64,000 nucleotides of DNA from Mobula hypostoma. Taxonomy: Eukaryota. The stretch lies in contig NC_086097.1 of the NCBI RefSeq assembly GCF_963921235.1, positions 10,230,001-10,294,000 of the forward strand. Direction: 5' to 3'. The notes beneath the pieces were generated by a model. The model ran no database searches, was not told where the DNA came from, and saw nothing but the letters and a program-made list of their open reading frames with translations. This document shows, piece by piece, positions 59,621 through 64,000 of the stretch. A program made the position numbers and the translations under genes. The first letter of the stretch is position 1; every line of letters begins with the position of its first letter.

Positions 59621-61854
59621 ACTACCTCATACAACCAAACAAAACAATAATCCCCTGGGCCACAGTGCATTCAAGAATCACGTATCACACACAGCACATA
59701 AAACAAAATATTACCACAAACAAGGTAAATATTATAATTCAAAGTGCAAGTGGCAAGAGCAAAGTGCTTAAGGCCATAAAATTGGAGAGAGCTATAAACA
59801 GTGTGTGTATCATATGCCCAAAGAAGTCTATCCTGATTCTGAGGGCCGACAGTATATCTGTTGCACTCCTGAAAGGATCCACATTTTTGTTGACTTCTCT
59901 TTGACTCAATTCCTTCAAAGTACCCTGTAAGCTGATATAAATCAGAAAGTCCTGCTATGTTATCACAATAAATACTGCTCAGAATACAGTTTTACAACTT
60001 ACAAAAACCAGTATCTCTATAAAACATTGTACATGAGCATGGCTGCCACCTGTTATGAAATATTATCCATATAATTACCTTCACTAATACAGTATTATAT
60101 TAGGATGGATTACAGTGATAACAGTTAAGCATGATATAGTGGAAGTGAAATTACTTTGAAATATGCCTGTCATCTATAAACAGCAATTGTTGCCTGAGAT
60201 AAGAATATTGCTTCATATCACAACTCAAAGGCCTGATCAGTCTATACATAGTCACAGGAATAATGCAGTCTATACAACACCTCACTCATTTTTAACTTCT
60301 ATTTTTTTGTTCTCTTAGGCTAGGGTGCCTAAGACTTTCTTTGTCAATGTGGAGTGGAGAGCGAGTTTGTAAATCTGGTGGGAACAATGTGAGTCAGGCG
60401 GTAGAGAAGGAGTACCATGTTTCAGGGGTGGTGTGGGTGCAGATACACCCAGCCCCGAGACTCCAGGCAAAAACGTTTGATTGCTATCAACTGCTTTGTT
60501 TTTCATAGCAGAATGTCTCTCTGGTGCTTCCTGCTCCCTCCTCTCTCCCTTCCCCTTTTCCCAACCATGATTCCCACCTCCTTGCCCCTTTGACACTCTC
60601 AGTCCACAATAAAGACCCATATCAGAATCAGAATTAGCATCACTTACATATGTTATTAAATGTGTCTTTTGTTTTAGTGGCAGCAGCGCAGTGCAATATA
60701 TAAAATTTCTACAGTTCTGTGCAAAAGTCTATATTTATGATTTTATAGATTTTTATTACTACGTACTGCTGCTGCAAAACAACAAATTTCACCACGTATG
60801 TCAGTGATATTAAACCTGATTCTGATCCAGAATTCAGTTTAACTCACTTACTGAAGAGGTCAGTAGATGTGTTCTTTTCCATTTAACAAGTTCAGAAATC
60901 TTATAAGAGAACGACAATTAGCAATCAATATTGCCCTGATACCGCAGTTAATGAAGAGGCAAGAAGGGGTGGATCAGGGAAATGATAAATTTGGAAACCA
61001 GATAACATTCAAGGGTAGTCACTTAAAGGGAGGTGCCAGGGATTTGGATACTTTTGATGCAGGAACGTCTACAGAATCATGAGTTCCAGCTGTCAGACTC
61101 TGCACTAGGAGCACGGTAGATGAGGGATAGCAAACAAATGGAATCTCTACAGATAGGGGGAATAAGGTACTTAAGAAATTAATGCCAGAACATTAGCTCT
61201 GAGAGCCTAGTTGCATTAAGAAGTCCAAAAGCTTTATCTGGGTTGTTAAGGTATGACTTCAGATCTCACTTCTCCTAAAATCTTCTCCATATCACCTACA
61301 TAAAAAAAAAATCTATATTTCCCATATAATAACTATTAGTCGCACAATGCTGCTAGGGAATTTCATGATTTTGTAGTGATGCTGATAATGAAGAGTTACA
61401 AGGCGTGATGGGATGCAATATGGCAAAGATTTGCATGCCATCATGATGCTCTTTCGAATTTGCACGGAAGTGATAATTCCTTGAAATTAGACACCTGTAG
61501 GCTTCCTCCCAGCTAATAGAACTATGATTTATGGGCTAGTTGATGAATCAGTTTGCAATACAAACTCATCCATAACCAGCTAATTACATTATTTATGTCC
61601 TACAATGAATTTTATGTAGGTCTTTGTCTCAGGCAACTACCATTATGGTGTCCAGAGCAGATCAATTGCATAGCATTTTACATATTGTTAAGAGACCACT
61701 AGCAGTCCATTTTATACCTTAAATGCCAGCGTTTAGCTCTTGATTTTGGTGGGGCATCATTTCAAAGATTTAGTGCCCATTCCTGTAAGGTATATGTTCA
61801 ATATAACTGCCACAAGTCTGGCTATTGCTCTGCAAACTCACGTTACTGCAAAGT

Positions 61855-62105
61855 AACGCATGCAATGCTGGAGAAACTCAGCAGGTCAGGCAGCATCTAT
61901 GGAAATGAATAAATAGTTGTTGTTTTGGGCCGAGGCCCTTCTTCAGGACTAGAAAGGGAAAGGGAAGAAGCCAGAATAAGGGAAGTGGAAGCAGCACAAG
62001 GTAATAAGCACATAAGAAATAGCTAGAAAGTGACAGGTGAACCGAGGTGGGCGAGGAGGAGGGATGAAGTGAGAAGCTGGGAGGTGATAGGTGTGTAATG
62101 TGAAG
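61855..62105 (-). mobile_element. Penelope-derived element (hammerhead core mutated)
   Basis: atgctggagaaactcagcaggtcaggcagcatctatgg...ggcccttcttcaggact plus a purine tract. Confidence 0.75.
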
Positions 62106-62364
62106 GGTTAGCTTACTTTTTGATTGAAAGCTGTACCAGTTGCCGATTGGCCCATCTGAAGGATTCAAATGCCTCAGGAGTTCGCGTTGGTCTCCAGGCA
62201 CTCATCTTCACACTGAGGTTGCGACCATAAGTATCTGTTTGGTAAATGCTTAGTTTTGCAGTTGTGTAACTTGAAGAGACTTAATGAGCTACCAAGCCGA
62301 CCAGGCAGCATCTACGGAAAACAGTGAACAGTCGACACTTTGGATTGAGACCCTTCTTTCTTTT

Positions 62365-64000
62365 TCAGAGACATAAAGTGTAAAAGAGAGGCAAGAGTGG
62401 ATATCGAACCACTGGAAAACAATGCAAAAGAGGTAGTAATGCAGGAGAACAAAATAGCTAATGGACTGAATAAGTATCTTGTATCAGTCGTCACTGTGGA
62501 AGACATTAGCAGTATGGTGGAAGTTCCAGGTGTTGAGGGTATGAAGTGTGTGAAGTTACCATAACTAGAGAGAAGGAAACTGTAAGGTCTGAAAGTAGAT
62601 AAGTCACCTGGACCAGATGGTGTATATCCCAGAGTTCAGAAAGAGGTGGCTGAAAAAATTGGGGAGGCATTAGTAATGATTGTTCAAGAATCACTAGATT
62701 CTGGAATGGTTTCAGAAGAGTAGAAAATTGCAGATACAGTATCACTTCACTCTTCAAGAAGGAAGAGAGGCAGAAGAAAAGAAACTAAAGGCCAGTTAAT
62801 CTGACCTCAGTGGCTGGGAAGATGTTGGTGTCAGTTACTAAGGATGAGGTCTCTGAGTACTCAGAGGCACCTGATACAATAGGCCGTAGTCAGCATGGTT
62901 TCCTCAATGGAAAATCTTGTCTGACAAAGCTGTTGGAATTCTTTGAAGAAACAACATGCAGGCTGGACAAGGGAGAATTAGTTGATGTTGGGTACTTGGA
63001 TCTTCAGAAGGTCTTCGACAAGGTGCCGCATATGAGACTGCTTAACAAGCTACGTGCCCATGGTATTACAGAAAAAGTTTCTAGCCTGGATAAGGCAGTG
63101 GCTGAATAGCAGGAGACAAAGAGTGGAAATAAAGGGAGCCTTTTCTGACAGGCTGTCAGTGACTAGCGGTGCTCCACAGGGGTCTGTGTTGGGACCGCTT
63201 CAATTACGTTATGTGTCAATGATTTGGATGATGGCGTTGATGGCTTTGTTGCAAAGTTTGGAGGGGAGGTAATGGTGGAGGTGCAGATAATCTTAAGAAA
63301 ACATAGAGGCTACAGAAGGACTTAGACAGATTAGGAAAATGGACAAAGAAATCGGAGATGGAATATAGTGTCAGGAAGTGTATAGCCATGCACTTTGGTA
63401 GAGGAAATGAAAGGGTTGACTATTTTCTAAATGGAGAGAAAATAGAAAAAAACTGAGATGCAAAGAGACTTTGCCGTCCTTGTGCAGGCTTCCCTAACGG
63501 TTAATTTGCAGGTTGAGTCTGTGGGGAGGAAAGCAAATGCAATATTAACATTGATTTCAAGAGGACCAGAATATAAAAGCAAGGATGCAATGTTGAAGCC
63601 TTTTAAAACACTGGTGAGGCCTCTCTTTGACTATTATAAGCAGGTTTGGGCCATTCTCTTATAAAGGATGTACTAAAAATGGACCGGGTTCAAAGGAGAT
63701 TCACAAAAATGATTTCAGGATTGCATGGTTTGTTGTATGAAGAGCATCTGATGGTTCTGGGCCTGTATTCACTGGAATTCCAAAGAATGAGGTGTGACCT
63801 TATTGACAAATATCAAACGGTGCAAGGCCTTGATAGAGTGGATGTAGAGAGGATGTGTCCTACGATGGGAGAGTCTAAGACCTGAGAATACAGCCTCACA
63901 ATATAGGGGTGTCCTTTTAGAATGAAGATGAGGAGGAATTTCTTTAGCCAGTGAGTGGTGAATCTGTGGAATTCTTTATCACAGGCAGCTGTGGAGGCCA
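62365..64000 (+). mobile_element. Degenerate CR1 LINE ORF2, runs off the window end
   Basis: SQHGFLNGKSCLTKLLEFFE, YLDLQKVFDKVPH, GAPQGSVLGP, LYSLEFQRMRCDLI across frameshifts. Confidence 0.93.

Noticed and set aside
60316..60730. Outward-facing Tc1-like TIR fragments (ggtgcctaagacttt and cagttctgtgcaaaagtct)
   Set aside because: Both are truncated and I cannot define the element boundaries or a TSD.

Overview
Eukaryotic, repeat-dominated genomic DNA. The repeat set (CR1/HER1-type LINEs, HE1/V-SINE-type SINEs, Rex1/Babar, RTE, L2, Penelope, Gypsy, Tc1/mariner and hAT elements) points to a cartilaginous fish, probably a ray; that is an inference. I see no intact host gene, rRNA or CRISPR array, and almost every ORF in the track is transposon debris. 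The standout is a 1046-bp retroposed chimera (33643-34688) flanked by a perfect 13-bp target-site duplication (TSD) inside an older RTE LINE. It joins a CpG-rich fragment of the deubiquitinase gene OTUD5 (GYNSEDEYE...DPAKVEQ) to a non-autonomous RTE-type retroposon with an (AAC)n tail. The junction falls at what I recall is the exon 1 end, which suggests splice-mediated exon capture like SVA_F1/MAST2. Other notable items: a Sleeping-Beauty-like Tc1 element with two right ends; a four-level hAT nest with TSDs; Penelope-derived elements carrying minimal hammerhead ribozymes; and a series of degenerate minus-strand exon-like segments with SFI1-like F/L-x-x-W motifs that may be a dead multi-exon gene. 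All family assignments are by eye and from memory, not from database searches.
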